DNA of 64,000 nt, taken from the NCBI GenBank assembly GCA_047495785.1, contig JBLDXI010000064.1, positions 620,001 to 684,000 on the forward strand. The letters are read 5' to 3'. Position 1 is the first letter of the stretch. Every line of letters begins with the position of its first letter. Made by a program: the position numbers and the translations under genes. Shown in pieces: positions 11,416 to 23,099 of this stretch. A model generated the notes under the pieces. That model did no database searches, had not been told where the DNA came from, and saw nothing but the letters and a program-made list of their open reading frames with translations. This DNA is from Lepidodermella squamata (Eukaryota > Animalia > Gastrotricha).

Positions 11416-14275
11416 ATGTCGGCTAAAGGAACATTGGATAGCCTTTGGGGTGGAACCAAAAGGCACCAGTCGACGCCGGGCACTGATAACTCTGAAGTTC
11501 CTACTGAGATAAAACGGCCGAAGTCTCAAGCTGCGAATAACTCAGAGCGTTTAAATGTTGTAGTCTCGAACGAAGTTTTCGAAATAGCTGATAGCGGTGA
11601 GGCTGATCGTCGGAAGTCGGCTCTCGAGAAGCTAATAGCAGCGACTGCTGGGAAGCGCGATTCACATCCGCCTGCTTTCCCCTCGAACGAACTTTTTCAG
11701 TCTTGGCTTTCAAAGCAAAGCAGTGGCGAGTATCAAGCTATTTACTGCCGCAAGACCGCTACGGATCGAGATGGAAAACTATTTGAGCCGCGTCTATTCT
11801 GCGCTCTTTGTCAAATGGGTGATTAATTTTTAAACCTTCATCACTTGATATTTCAATTTCAATTCAATCATTTTAATTAAATTTTAATCAAAAATTAAAT
11901 TTGTTTGCTTTGATTTATATTTGATTGAAATTTTGAATAATTTCAATTTTATTTTTAATTGAATAAATTGTTTTTAAATTAAATTAAATTAAATTAATTT
12001 ATAAATTTAATTTCAAATAGAATTTTGAGCTTTGAAATTTGAATTTTGAATTTTGAAGTCGACTTAAAATAGAGATTAAAATTTAATTGAATATTTATTT
12101 CATGTAAAAGTCATGTTAGATTTTTTACTTTCAAATTTCAAATTTTTCACAGGAAAAATTCCAAATTTTTTATAATTTTGATTTTGATTTTTTTTATTCA
12201 GGTTTCGATTTACCCAAAAATGTTAGGTATTCTCCTGCTTACGTAGCTGATGGTGCTACCTGTCATCAGGACCGTAGTTCTATTTGGGATAAATTGAAAG
12301 AGCATGTGAAAAGTCAAGCGCACCAAATCTCTTGGAGCAAATTGCTTGAAAAACAGGGTAATAAAATCGGCGAGTCCCTTGATAATGCGAAGAAAATTGA
12401 AGAGGAACGATTTGATCGAGTGGCTGGTAAAACCATCGTTGTTTTTAATTCTGCCTATTTCGAGGCAAAGGAGCGTATTGCTTTTGAAAAGCACAACAAT
12501 TTGTTACTTTTGCAAAAGAAAAATGGCATCAAAGTGGGACGCAAACACGCTTCCAAATGGTCAGCGAAAGAAATTCAAGTAATCTGATTTTGGTTTTTTC
12601 TAAATTTAAATCCAAAAATTCCTATTAATTTGTCAGGTTTTCATTGGGAAAAAAAGGCGTGATCTAGTGAATTACATTGTCGAAAAATCCCTGAATATAT
12701 CGGCAATGCTGGATGAATCTACGACTGTTTCGAAGAAGGCAGTTTTAATCGTTTATCTTCGATTTGCTCCAAGGAACAAAGCTATCACGATGTACTTCTC
12801 CCTACTTGAGTTGAAAAAAGCTGACGCGGTCACCATTTGCGAAGTCCTTGAAAAAGCTTTGAAGGACAACGGATTTACTGAGCAATTTCTCAAAGCCCAC
12901 TGGATAGGATTGGCTGTCGACGGCGCTAGCGTTATGATGGGAGTGATTGGAGGTGTCGGTAATTTTAAATCTACTTATTCTGGATCAAAACTCATCTTAA
13001 TTTGCAATGAGGTAAAATTTTGAAAAGAATTTACGGTCTGCTCTGGATTTTTCATTGCCTGGCACATCGTCTTGAGCTAGCTGTCCGTGATGCTATTAAA
13101 GATAATACTTCGGTGAAAGCTTTCATCTCTTTCGCCAATGCTATTTATCGTTTCTACAGCCCGTCCCCAGCTCGAATTCAGCAGCTGAAAGAAATCGCCG
13201 AGGATTTCGGAGTTGTCGTGAAGACAATGCAGAGGCTTCTCGATGTGAGGTGGGCATATTCATCTTATGCATCACTGAATGCTCTACAGTGCAACCTCCC
13301 TGCGCTGCATGCTCATTTTCTCGATCTTAAAAAGGCTGCTAAATCGGCCAAAGAAAAAGAGCAGGCCGAAGAGCTATCTTCTCTACTTGAAGCCATGTCA
13401 GACTTCCATACAATAAGTCAATTGTGCTTAGTCCATGACCTCCTTAGGGAGCTCATGGTGCTCAGCAAAAAACTGCAGGCTACTTCAACTTCTGCGGTGA
13501 ACGTTTGGCCTATGATCAAGGATACCAAAAAGCGTATCAAAAGGTTTAAAAATCATAATGGTCCGAGCGTCACTCTCCTCTTGGAAGAGCTGGAGGAAAC
13601 AGGTGAAAGCTACAAATCTATCGTGTTGAAAAATTTTTCCCCAACCGATCTCGAGGTTTTCGAGCGTAGGCGAGACAGGCTAGTTGACAGCGTTGCTGAC
13701 GCCATGAAGCAGCGTTTTCAGTCTAGCAAAACTTTCCTGAAACATGCTAGCAAGCTCTTGCCTGAAAGTTGGCCTAAGGATGAAGATGAGCTGGATACTC
13801 ACGGTGAGTGCGATGTTTTATATCTTGCTAGCTTTTTCGGCTGGAAGACCGACGAAAGTGCCATACTCAGAGATCTGAGCTCATGGAAGCGCACTCGAGT
13901 TGAGCCAGAAACTGGTCATTTGAGGACACTGCTCAATGATCTTAATGTTTTGCCCGTGGCTACGGCGGACTGTGAGCGTGGTTTTTCAGAGCTGAACGAA
14001 ACCAACACCGACAAAAGAAACCAGCTTGATGTTGAAACTACCTCCGGTAAAACTGTATATTTATGTCCCTTCTCTAGATTTTATTGCTCTTTCTTCAAGA
14101 ACTCATGTTCATAAGCCTCAACGGTCCAGAACTCGCCAGCTTTGAAGCGAAGCCATTTGCGAAAGCTTGGTTCTTGGCTGGTCACGCAGGAAGCTCCGGG
14201 GAGCTGCCAGTCGAGCGGAGTAACCTTACCGAGAAAGAGCAGTTCGCCATTGAACTATGGGGTGATAAAAATTAA
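11416..14275 (+). CDS. hAT transposase (ZNF862/KIAA1586-like), 5 exons, ~770 aa
   Basis: Exons 11416-11818, 12202-12578, 12637-12958, 13012-14046, 14100-14275 give one open frame of 2313 nt. Motifs FCALC, MLDEST, VDGASVM, HCLAHRLEL, DVRW, TADCERGFS. Confidence 0.88.
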
Positions 14276-14847
14276 TCGAAGAACAGAATCAATGACGAGA
14301 GTTGAAAATGTGAACGATATTTTCGTTTGAATAAAAGGATGTAACAGCTTGTGAGACATTAATGCGAGCGTGCGCAGCACGCGAGCGCAATTTTTTTTAG
14401 ATGAACTCGCTATCCCCGTCTCATCGAAAAGTCCATCTTCGACACTGCATCCGAGTTCCACATGGATCACGAATCACGCACTATATCCACAGACCCTGCA
14501 ATTAGTTCAGACCCTGAAATTTAATCAAGTGTACGCGCGATTAAGTTTGCAGCTCACATTGGCTGATTGACCTAAATTCAATTACAGCAACAACACAACT
14601 TGCCTGAATCGGTAAGAAATTGTCGAGCGATTAACGAGAAGTCCTAGATCCGGTGATAACGCGTCTATGTATGGCTGTTGGCAAGCGGTAACTCTGTCAG
14701 GTGTCGTATCAGCCTGGACTTTCAGACGCCTGTCACTTCTCATCAGCATCGGCAACATCAGAGGGCAAAAAATCGCCAGCACGTGTCGGTTTTATTTAAT
14801 AAAGAGGTCGGGTTTGATTCTAATATACCTCAGTCGGGCGAAAAATA

Positions 14848-15211
14848 ATGGCGAAAATATTATTCTTCAGTTGTGTATTCATCGCGAGCCTAATAACAGT
14901 CTTCACAACAGCATCAGCTGCCGAAAACACGGCGAAAGGTATGTTCAATAACAGGAAATGCATCGGATGTGATTCACGTTTTAGCTATCAACTTTTCAGT
15001 TAAATACCAACGTATCATCTCGGCGATATCTGCACTCTTCATCCGCTATCGCATGCATTTGCTCGACAGGTGCTTCGAACGCTACGGAGGTGCAGCCGCC
15101 AGGGCCATTCCGTTGTTTACCCGGCTGTGCTATCGCGACGCCAACCAGCACCTGCTGCAGACTTCCGCCGCAATTCGAGCCGATAAAAGCGCGCCTCATT
15201 CTTCTTCTTAG
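14848..15211 (+). CDS. Small secreted protein (100 aa, 2 exons) with a C-x18-C loop
   Basis: Exon 1 14848-14938 (MAKILFFSCVFIASLITVFTTASAA..), phase-1 intron 14939-14999, exon 2 15000-15211 containing RCFERYGGAAARAIPLFTRLC. Confidence 0.75.
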
Positions 15212-15351
15212 AATTGGACTGTTTTTTGTGTACTAACTACTCATTTTTTGCGACGTTCGTGGGAAATTTGAGAATAAAACACAACAGCTTATAAAGGCGT
15301 TTTTTCAATGGGCTATTTTGTATTTTCCATATTTTCACTTTCTAGAAAAAG

Positions 15352-15767
15352 ATGCCTCGAGTTTTGGCTACTCTTCTCGCTATCGCCTTGCTTTTCGGTC
15401 TGGCTGCTTGCGGCTCTGAGGACAACAATTCAACCACATCTTCTAAAGATGTCAAGCTCAACTACAGCAAAATCAGTGAGTTTTCGAATCATTCCTGCCT
15501 CAATTTTTCTATGATTGCCTATTCATAGAGAACGATTTTCAACGGTTGTGGAAGCAGGAATTGCAGCGTAAATCTAGCGAGCAGATATTGCAGAACCTGC
15601 TCTCAACGCTGGCGACTGCGTTGGAGAAACGCGAGCGTGAAAAAGCCACGGAGCGGTGCTTCGAGCAGCTGGGCGGCGAGCAGGCGAGAGCTGTTGTGCT
15701 GTTTCAACGCATTTGCGCCCATGGTGAAATTGCTGTTGATCGACGGGCGCCGTTCTCGCGTAATTGA
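15352..15767 (+). CDS. Small secreted protein (120 aa, 2 exons), paralog of the 14848 gene
   Basis: Exon 1 15352-15475 (MPRVLATLLAIALLFGLAACGS..), phase-1 intron 15476-15528, exon 2 containing KREREKATERCFEQLGGEQARAVVLFQRIC. Confidence 0.78.
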
Positions 15768-16585
15768 GACCGAGTTTCATAGACAATCATTTCAATTTGC
15801 GATCGAGTCATTCTAAAACTGTCGTCGACGACCTCTCATAATAAACTGACATTTTTCTGGCTTTTAGCCTATAAAAGAGATGAGCTATTTCCACTAGATA
15901 ATTTCGGGAGAATTTTAGGGATTTTATCGCAAATCTGAAATGTTACAATAGGCAATAGGCAGCACAGAAGGTCTCCTGGGATTTTCTCCAACTGGTTTTT
16001 GACCTACCTTAAAACTTTTACGAAATCTCACACCTCAGTCATTTTGAATGCGCAACGCTTCGTTAGTAACGGTGGATTGTCTTCGTCCTAACAAAGATAG
16101 ACGCTCTTATTAACAGCTGCCCATTATAGCTTGTTTGTTACTACTTTGAAGAAAAACCGACGTGGTTAAATTATCAGCACTCTATAATCTCAGAGTTTGT
16201 CTGAAAGTTTTCGATGAGAGGGGGAGTCGCCACTTCATCTAGCCTATTAGCCGTGGTTATTTTAGTTTAATTGCTTTGTTGACTGTACAAATTCCGATTA
16301 TGAAACTGCGGTTATATTTAGCGGCCGCAGCGGAATATCTGGCGGAAGCAAAAAATTGCGGTAATGTTTTCAATCAGCCTCCAATACGCTCTAATTGAGA
16401 TAAAAACACTGTCATCTCGCCTGCCTGTCTTTAGGATAGGAAGGTTTAGGTGGGTTCAGGGTCGCTGCTCGTTGTTCTCGTAGGCTCTGTAAAACGATCA
16501 TCAGAGCTCGGAAAATTTTTGACATTCGCTTTGACGAAAAAATTAAGTGAAATAAGAAATCAGGTAAAAAGTAAAACAGAAATGA

Positions 16586-16888
16586 TCATTGTGTTTGAGG
16601 TTGTAAGTTGAAAAAAATCCGCACGCTGATTGGTCAGTTGGCTCGTATCCATGACTCCGCCTTGCTACTTGATCGTGCAATCTATATAATTTGTGGCTTT
16701 TATTATTTTTATGAAGGCCGTATCGTAGCACGCGTTTCCAACAAATGCGTAAAACCATTCATAAAAAGATATTTTTTGCAAACATTTTATGGATGGCACG
16801 ATCAAGTAGCAAGGCGGAGTCATGGATACGAGCCAACTGACCAATCAGCGTGCGGATTTTTTTCAACCTACAACCTCAAACACAATGA
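16586..16888. mobile_element. MITE-like element with ~95-bp terminal inverted repeats
   Basis: 16586-~16678 is a near-perfect reverse complement of ~16796-16888. Flanks read as a TGA/TGA or ATGAT/ATGAT duplication depending on where the end is placed. Confidence 0.8.
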
Positions 16889-16959
16889 TGATTAAGGTTG
16901 AGTTGCTATTTCTATATATATCATAAGAATCAAGTTAAATCGAGTGTGGACGGTGGACA

Positions 16960-18240
16960 ACGGAAATATTGATGAATTGATCGAGAAATGGCCGGAATCT
17001 TTTAACTTAGGAACATCTCAGATGATATCGAATTTTCGAGCCAATCAACAACTCGACACTCGAATTTAGGCAGTGCATCCTTCCTTTCGCGACGGCGCTT
17101 GCTCGCCAATTTCAACATCTGCACCACCTCGGCTTTTGCCTCGGCGATTTAACTCACGCCCACGTCTCAGCTTTCTTCCACCTCTATCATCCATAAGGAA
17201 TTCAAGCAGTGCCTGTGCTTGAATCCTTAATATTCGCCACTTCAATCGCCGACTCGGGGGAGTGTTCTTTCAAGTAATTCCAGCAGCCAACAAGGGTGGG
17301 CCTTCCGCTACCTGGAGCGAGCCGCCTCACAGCGAATTCCTCACGGACTACCGATCCCTTTTTTCGTTGCCTTGGAATCTTCCGTCTGCCGACTTGGATC
17401 AGCACTGAGTCGCATGGTCAGCCATTTCGATAACTCCGAACTGTGACACCAGACGTAGATGCGTTCGTCCTTCGTCCGGACATTCGAATCCATTCTAAAG
17501 ATAAATATTCTGTAGAGCACTCTAAAAATAACTCACCCAAATACGACCGTGCTGCTGAGCAAATATATTTGAAACAGATTATTGATCCTAATGGCATGAT
17601 TGCATGGACCACTTCATTAATACTTGAACTGCCGAAAATAGACTGCGAGATCGATATTTGAATCTAAATCCTGGGACTGTCAAAAGCCGTTTGGGTCAGC
17701 GATACGTCGTAGGGCAAAATCTAGGCCATGACCCAGCGGTTTAGGGTTTGAGGCTAACGACTTCGAGGAACGCACAGAAATCAACTTGCAAAAATAGTGA
17801 AATTTCGATTGTTGCGCTATAATCTATAATAAATTATCCAGACGCCATAACATGGGTCCAATAATTAGGTCCAATTCTTGGGTCTGGTTTTTGCTCTAAT
17901 CCAAAATTTCGAATTGAGTCACGTGGTTTCATCAGCATTCCTTCGGCATCACTCTGCATCATTGATTTAGGCAATTTCGCCAACTGGCTCAACGTCCTCT
18001 GCATCAGAGACGACATGCTCCAGAAGCTCAATGGAAGCTTTTTCATTCACAAATAGCTTTTTGCGCTCACGGAAACTTTGTAGGAGGCAGTTATCAATTG
18101 TGATAACCTGCCCCAAGATTTTCACGAGTCCATTTTGAGCGCCGAAAACAACGACGCCTATCATCTTCTTATCATCGCGCAAAAAAATCGATCGGGTTGC
18201 TCTACAGAACCAGTGTTGTATCCCCACTTTCTTTTCCACG
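16960..18240 (-). pseudogene. Decayed paralog of the RING-TRAF-NHL gene (3' part)
   Basis: Around 17030-17190 the minus strand reads LWMIEVEES*...DALPKFECRVVDWLENS, versus VWLEEMEK...MALPKFEYRVVDWLENS in the 35809-38290 gene; in-frame stops present. Similarity further upstream is weaker and the boundaries are approximate. Confidence 0.65.
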
Positions 18241-18289
18241 AGTTTTTATGGTTGCATGCCGCGGCTTGGCAGCTCTACACGACCTACGA

Positions 18290-18444
18290 TTTAGTGTAAG
18301 TTCGTACCGGAAAATTCATATCGTGATTCTAATCCTCGCATTGTATTGGGTATGAAAAAATCACTAAAAATGTTATGAAAAGATAACCACTTTTGGTACG
18401 AAATGACAGCGGTACGAAATTGCGGGTACGAAGTTACACTTTAC
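18290..18444. mobile_element. Small non-autonomous TIR element, possibly Mutator-like
   Basis: AGTGTAAGTTCGTACC (18293) / GGTACGAAGTTACACT (18425-18440); 10-bp direct repeat CGACCTACGA at 18280-18289 and 18445-18454. Confidence 0.55.
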
Positions 18445-18963
18445 CGACCTACGACGGCGGGAGTTCCGTATTCTCTAATATTAACATCACATGCCTACGG
18501 TGGACGAAAAATAAAACTGATTCATTTTGGTCATATTTGGTCATTCATTCATTAACAATATTAAGATTTTGTTATCTTCGGACCCTTATGAAATATCTCG
18601 TATGACTTTCAAGTGTAAGTGTTAACTTTTGTCGCCCTGTCAATTTTAGGAGTTCACCGCCAACTGTCAAAAGTCAAAAGCCGCTAAGCTGAAGGAAGTA
18701 ATTACACGCTGCAGTAGCCACATAGCAGTTGACATCGTGGAGAACAAGGCGGTTTTTTGCATTTTCACGAAACTATCGTTGGCTGCAAGACGAATTTCGG
18801 GAACGATTTTCTTGAACTCTAGATGCTGCTAAATCGACAGAGAACACTTATTCGTAATTGAGAGTGAATAAAGAGAATAAATAATTGTATTTTGCACTTG
18901 GATAACATTCGAGAAAAAGTAAATTTGTTGAATCAAAAATCCTTTTCCGTGATTCCGCTGGTT

Positions 18964-21500
18964 TCAACAATATAACGTTGATCGACTTGCTCCCCGCGAT
19001 CTCAGCAAATCAGCAACATCGACTTTCGTATTGCAAATTGCGATATCAAAAGCTGTGTTAAAGCCGAATAAACTTCTAGCATCCTTATTTGCTCTATCCA
19101 GCAACAGTCGAGCTACTTCGACTTGCCCGTAGTGAGCCGCAAACATCAGCGCTGTCCAGCCAAAGTCGGACGTGGCCTCGATGGCCGCCCCGCGATCCAG
19201 CAACAGTCGAGCTACTTCGACTGTCCCATTCGCAGCCGCATACATCAACGCTGTCATGCCACCGTTATTCTTGACCTCGATGGCAGCCCCGCGATCCAGC
19301 AACAGTAAAGCAACTTCATCTCGCCCATTTGCAGCTGCTATCATCAATGCCGTCAAGCCCTGTATAGTTTTAGCATCAATGGCAGCGTTGCGATCCAGCA
19401 ACAGTCGAGCTACTTCGGCTGTCCCATTCCAAGTCGAATACAGCAACGCCGTCCAGCCATCAGTATCCTTTGCCTCGATTAAAGCATTGCGATCCAACAA
19501 CAGTCGAACGACTTCGACTTGGCCATCCGCAGCCGCAACGATCAACGCCGTTTTGCCATTGTTATTCTTAGCCTCGATGGCAGCGTTGCGATCCAACAAC
19601 AGTCGAGCCAATTCGACGGTCCCATTCTGAGCCGCAAACATCAACGCCGTCCAGCCATTGTTATTCTTTGCTTCGATATAGGCCCCGCGATCCAGCAGCA
19701 GTCGAGCCAATTCGACGGTCCCATTCTGAGCCGCAAACATCAACGCCGTCCAGCCATTGTTATTCTTTGCTTCGATATAGGCCCCGCGATCCAGCAGCAG
19801 TCGAGCTACTTCGACTGTCTCACTATAAGCCGAAAACATCAACGCCGTCCAGCCATTGTTATTCTTTGCTTCGATATAGGCCCCGCGATCCAGCAACAGT
19901 CGAACCACTTCGACTCGCCCATACTGAGCCGCATACATCAGCGCCGACCTGCCAATTTTGGACTTGGCCTCGATGGCGGCTTTCCGATCAAGCAGCAGTT
20001 GTACCATTTCGACACGCCCTTTTATTGCCGCAAAAATCAACGCAGTCCAGCCATTGCTATCCTTGGCCTCGATGGCAGCGTTGCGATCCAGCAACAGTCG
20101 AACTACTTCGACTTTCCCATACTCAGCCGCATACATCAACGCCGTCAAGCCATCGCTATCCTTGGCCTCGATGGCAGCGTTGCGATCCAGCAACAGTCGA
20201 ACTACTTCGACTTGCCCCTTCCCAGCCGCAATCATCAACGCCGTCCAGCCATCGTTATTCCTGGCCTCGATGGCACCGTTGCGATCCAGCAACAGTAAAG
20301 CAACTTCATCTCGCCCATTTGCAGCTGCTATCATCAATGCCGTCAAGCCATCACTATTCTTTGCCTCGATGGAAGCCCCCTGATCCAACAACAGTTGAGC
20401 TAATTCGACTTGCCCATTCTTAGCCGCAATCATCAACACTGTCCAGCCAGAGTTATCCTCCCTGTCATTCACATTAGCTCCACGTTCAATGAAAAGCTGA
20501 ACAATTTGCAGTCGCTGGTCTGATTGGCTCCGATTGCACAATACACTGTGCAGCAGGGTGCCATTTGTCATAGTCAAACCACCACAGTCAATCGTCTTTT
20601 CGTTGCGCCAGTTCGGGTCGAATTTGCCGCCAGGGGATTCGTCGATCTCCGCAACGAGTTGCCGCACCTGCGCCACGTCGCCCGCCTTGGCTGTTGCATT
20701 CCACAACTGATCGTAAAGTTCACGAATCTATATGTCATAAACAAAAATTGGGTTTCTATTAGGATCGAATATTTGAGATGAAATTGAAGCTGAAGCTGAA
20801 ACGGAGGATGATCCTGTTGATCGCCTACCTCTTGGCTTGCACTTTCGCAATATTTCAGTTTCCCCTATATAATTATGATTTTTCTTCGCCAATAAGTAGT
20901 TCTATCCAGGGCTCAGACAGTTGTTGTGGTAATTATCGCAAAAAAAGCATTTCTTCTCGAATCAAGCTATCAATATTATTATTGACGTTATTAATTTTAC
21001 CTCGAATCAAGGCATCGAGTAATTTGGTAACAGTAAAAGATGATAGACATTTCACGATAGCTCATGAGCGTGACGTCGACATTTCACGATAGACGTCTCC
21101 CTGAACCCTGAACGTAATCGTAATAAGGAAACACTCGAGCATCCGAGAGACAGTGGAGTTGCGAGATCAGTGATCCGACTAGGTCTGAGCGCTGAGGGGG
21201 TACGCAAAAAGTGATTAAATACATCTCGGTCGCAAACTTTGTTCGCTCCCATTGGCAGCTTATCTCTATATTTACTACTAAAACTAAAGGCCGCACACAA
21301 ATAAACGCCGCAGAAAACATCCTGTTTGTGTTGAATATCAGTAATATTAAATTTAAACAAACCAGCCATGAGTAGTTGTTCGGTCCTGCTGGATCCACAG
21401 CTATGGGGTTCACATAATCGCCTTCAGTTTTACCTTGAGCAGCAACCAATCCGGATGCCAGCCCAAGGAAACCGATTACGATTGCCAAGTAGAGACGCAT
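18964..21500 (-). CDS. Locus A: predicted secreted Cys-capped ankyrin-repeat protein (SP + N-cap + 14 ANK + C-cap, ~633 aa)
   Basis: Exon 1 21500-21363 (MRLYLAIVIGFLGLASGLVAA..NYSWL, phase-0 GT donor). ANK exon 20727-18964 begins at acceptor ..CATATAG|ATT CGT GAA and has no ATG before its N-cap. 33-aa GxTALMxAA repeats. The ankyrin call is firm; the splice join is inferred. Confidence 0.75.
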
Positions 21501-21770
21501 TTTGAAAATTAAACAAGAAAACTGAGCTTTCAAATAAGAATTTTCTCTTGCTCGGGTGTTACGTGCTACGTTTTTTTTCGTTCAAGTATTTTTATTATAT
21601 ATCAAGTCTGAAGTCGTGCCGTGTTTTTTTCTCCTTTTGTAATATTGATGAGTAACGCATGAGTAATAAATTATTCAGATCCTTTGTTTACAAATTCCCA
21701 CTCATATATCAAAAACATCCTGTTAGGATCAGTCGTTTCATTTTCATGACGGTGGCGATTATACTCAATC
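21501..21770 (-). promoter_or_regulatory. Conserved 5'UTR/promoter block of the secreted-ankyrin family (copy A)
   Basis: Blocks such as TTTTGAAAATTAAACAAGAAAACTGA and GCATGAGTAATAAATTATTCAGATCCTTTGTT recur upstream of every family ATG. TATATAA on the minus strand near 21596-21602. Confidence 0.6.
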
Positions 21771-22381
21771 GTGATTGCGAAGAGGAGCGTAACAACCTCT
21801 CATTTGGTGTAAGGTGTAAGGTAGCTGTTGAGTTTCGAGGCGAAGAAACGGTGGCTAGCGGTCAACACCGATCAACAAGGTAATGAACGACAAAACCACG
21901 AGGGTTTCCCCACAGAATCCCTGTCCTTGTCATTGCAACCATCGTTTTCTCTCCAAATTGAATACAATTTACACCGTTTTCAGCCGAAATTTCGGAGAAT
22001 ATTATTGAGCGGAGAATATGGGCCTAAGGCTCATCAATAGTACAAATAGTAAGAATCTGCTGTTCATTGTTTTACAAAAAGTATTCATTGCTGTTAGGGT
22101 AGATTTGAGATTTTAAGGCTGTACTATATATTTGTTAGCTATGTTTCAGTTTTTTGCTTACATTTTGCTGGGTAATTTTACGATAATAACAGCTGCTAAC
22201 AAAGGCTAGATAAAACCTTCTTCGTGTGCGCGTAAACTTGCAGCTTTCTTTGAAGAGTATTTTTCCTATTATTCTAAGTTTTATTCGTGTTTATTTCTCT
22301 GTTTGTAAACAGGAAAATATAAAGGCTCGAGCACAGGGTGAACAGGCGCTTGTCAGTGACAGTGCGCAAGAGACGCTATTA

Positions 22382-22709
22382 CAGGGTGTTTCATAAAAAA
22401 CTGTACGAGATGAGCCTTATATTAGCATGCATAGAAAATATAGGAAAAGTACTGCCGTTATCGATTTTCCATGCGCCATTTTATTTTTGCTGTGTCGCGG
22501 GGAGAAAAAAAGCGGCAAGAATGCGGCATTTCTACGGTGAAAACGTGGCATCTTACGGTGTGTTTACGGTGAATTCACGGTTAACCTGCGGTCAATTTCT
22601 GTGATATTTAGCCTAAAATATCCTCGAGGATAAAGATTAGCGCAAAAAATCGATATCGCGCAGCAGCAGTACATTTTTATAGGAGTTCGGTTTTTTATGA
22701 AACACCCTC
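22382..22709. mobile_element. Tc1/mariner-type MITE
   Basis: TA|CAGGGTGTTTCATAAAAAAC at the left end; GTTTTTTATGAAACACCCT at 22690-22708. Same CAGGGTG terminus as the MITE at 40669. Confidence 0.75.
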
Positions 22710-23099
22710 ATCTTAGGCCGGATTTTGCGGAGTCAAAGTCCAACTACGTGTTGCTCTGATGGTCGATATGATAGCATCAATGGGATCAATGGGGCTTGGC
22801 AGCACGCGATTCTATCAATTGATTAACATAGTGTGAAAAAAAATCACACCCACCAACCCGACCAGCCCCACTATCGCGACCGACCCAGCAACAAGTTGTT
22901 GGACTTCGACACTGCATATCCAGACTAAGATGCTGTAAGTAGGCACATTGAAGAATATATCTGACAAAAGAAATGGGGCGACATAGAGAGAGATAGAGAA
23001 AGAGATAGATAGTTTGGTTATAAAGGTCGAAGAGGAACGACGGAACATTGAGATGAGAAAAGAAACAGATGACGGATCACATGGGAGCAGGAGGCGGGC

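Larger units (their letters stand above)
10762..14447 (+). mobile_element. hAT DNA transposon, apparently complete (3686 bp)
   Basis: Perfect 14-bp TIRs CAGTGTCGAAGATG (10762) / CATCTTCGACACTG (14434-14447); perfect 8-bp TSD CATCCGAG (10754-10761 and 14448-14455); internal transposase. Confidence 0.95.

Noticed and set aside
19089-20423. Long plus-strand ORFs over the ankyrin arrays (also at 28900-29873, 51565-52284, 57109-57750)
   Set aside because: Antisense shadows of the repetitive ankyrin coding sequence.
18964-20727. Regular 99-bp periodicity resembling a CRISPR array
   Set aside because: These are coding ankyrin repeats in a eukaryotic gene; there is no repeat-spacer structure and no cas genes.
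21052-21322. Possible second exon of locus A (DVFCGVYL...)
   Set aside because: It has an acceptor and faint similarity to protease exon 2, but no protease motifs follow and it ends in a stop. Treated as intronic, though an alternative terminal exon cannot be excluded.
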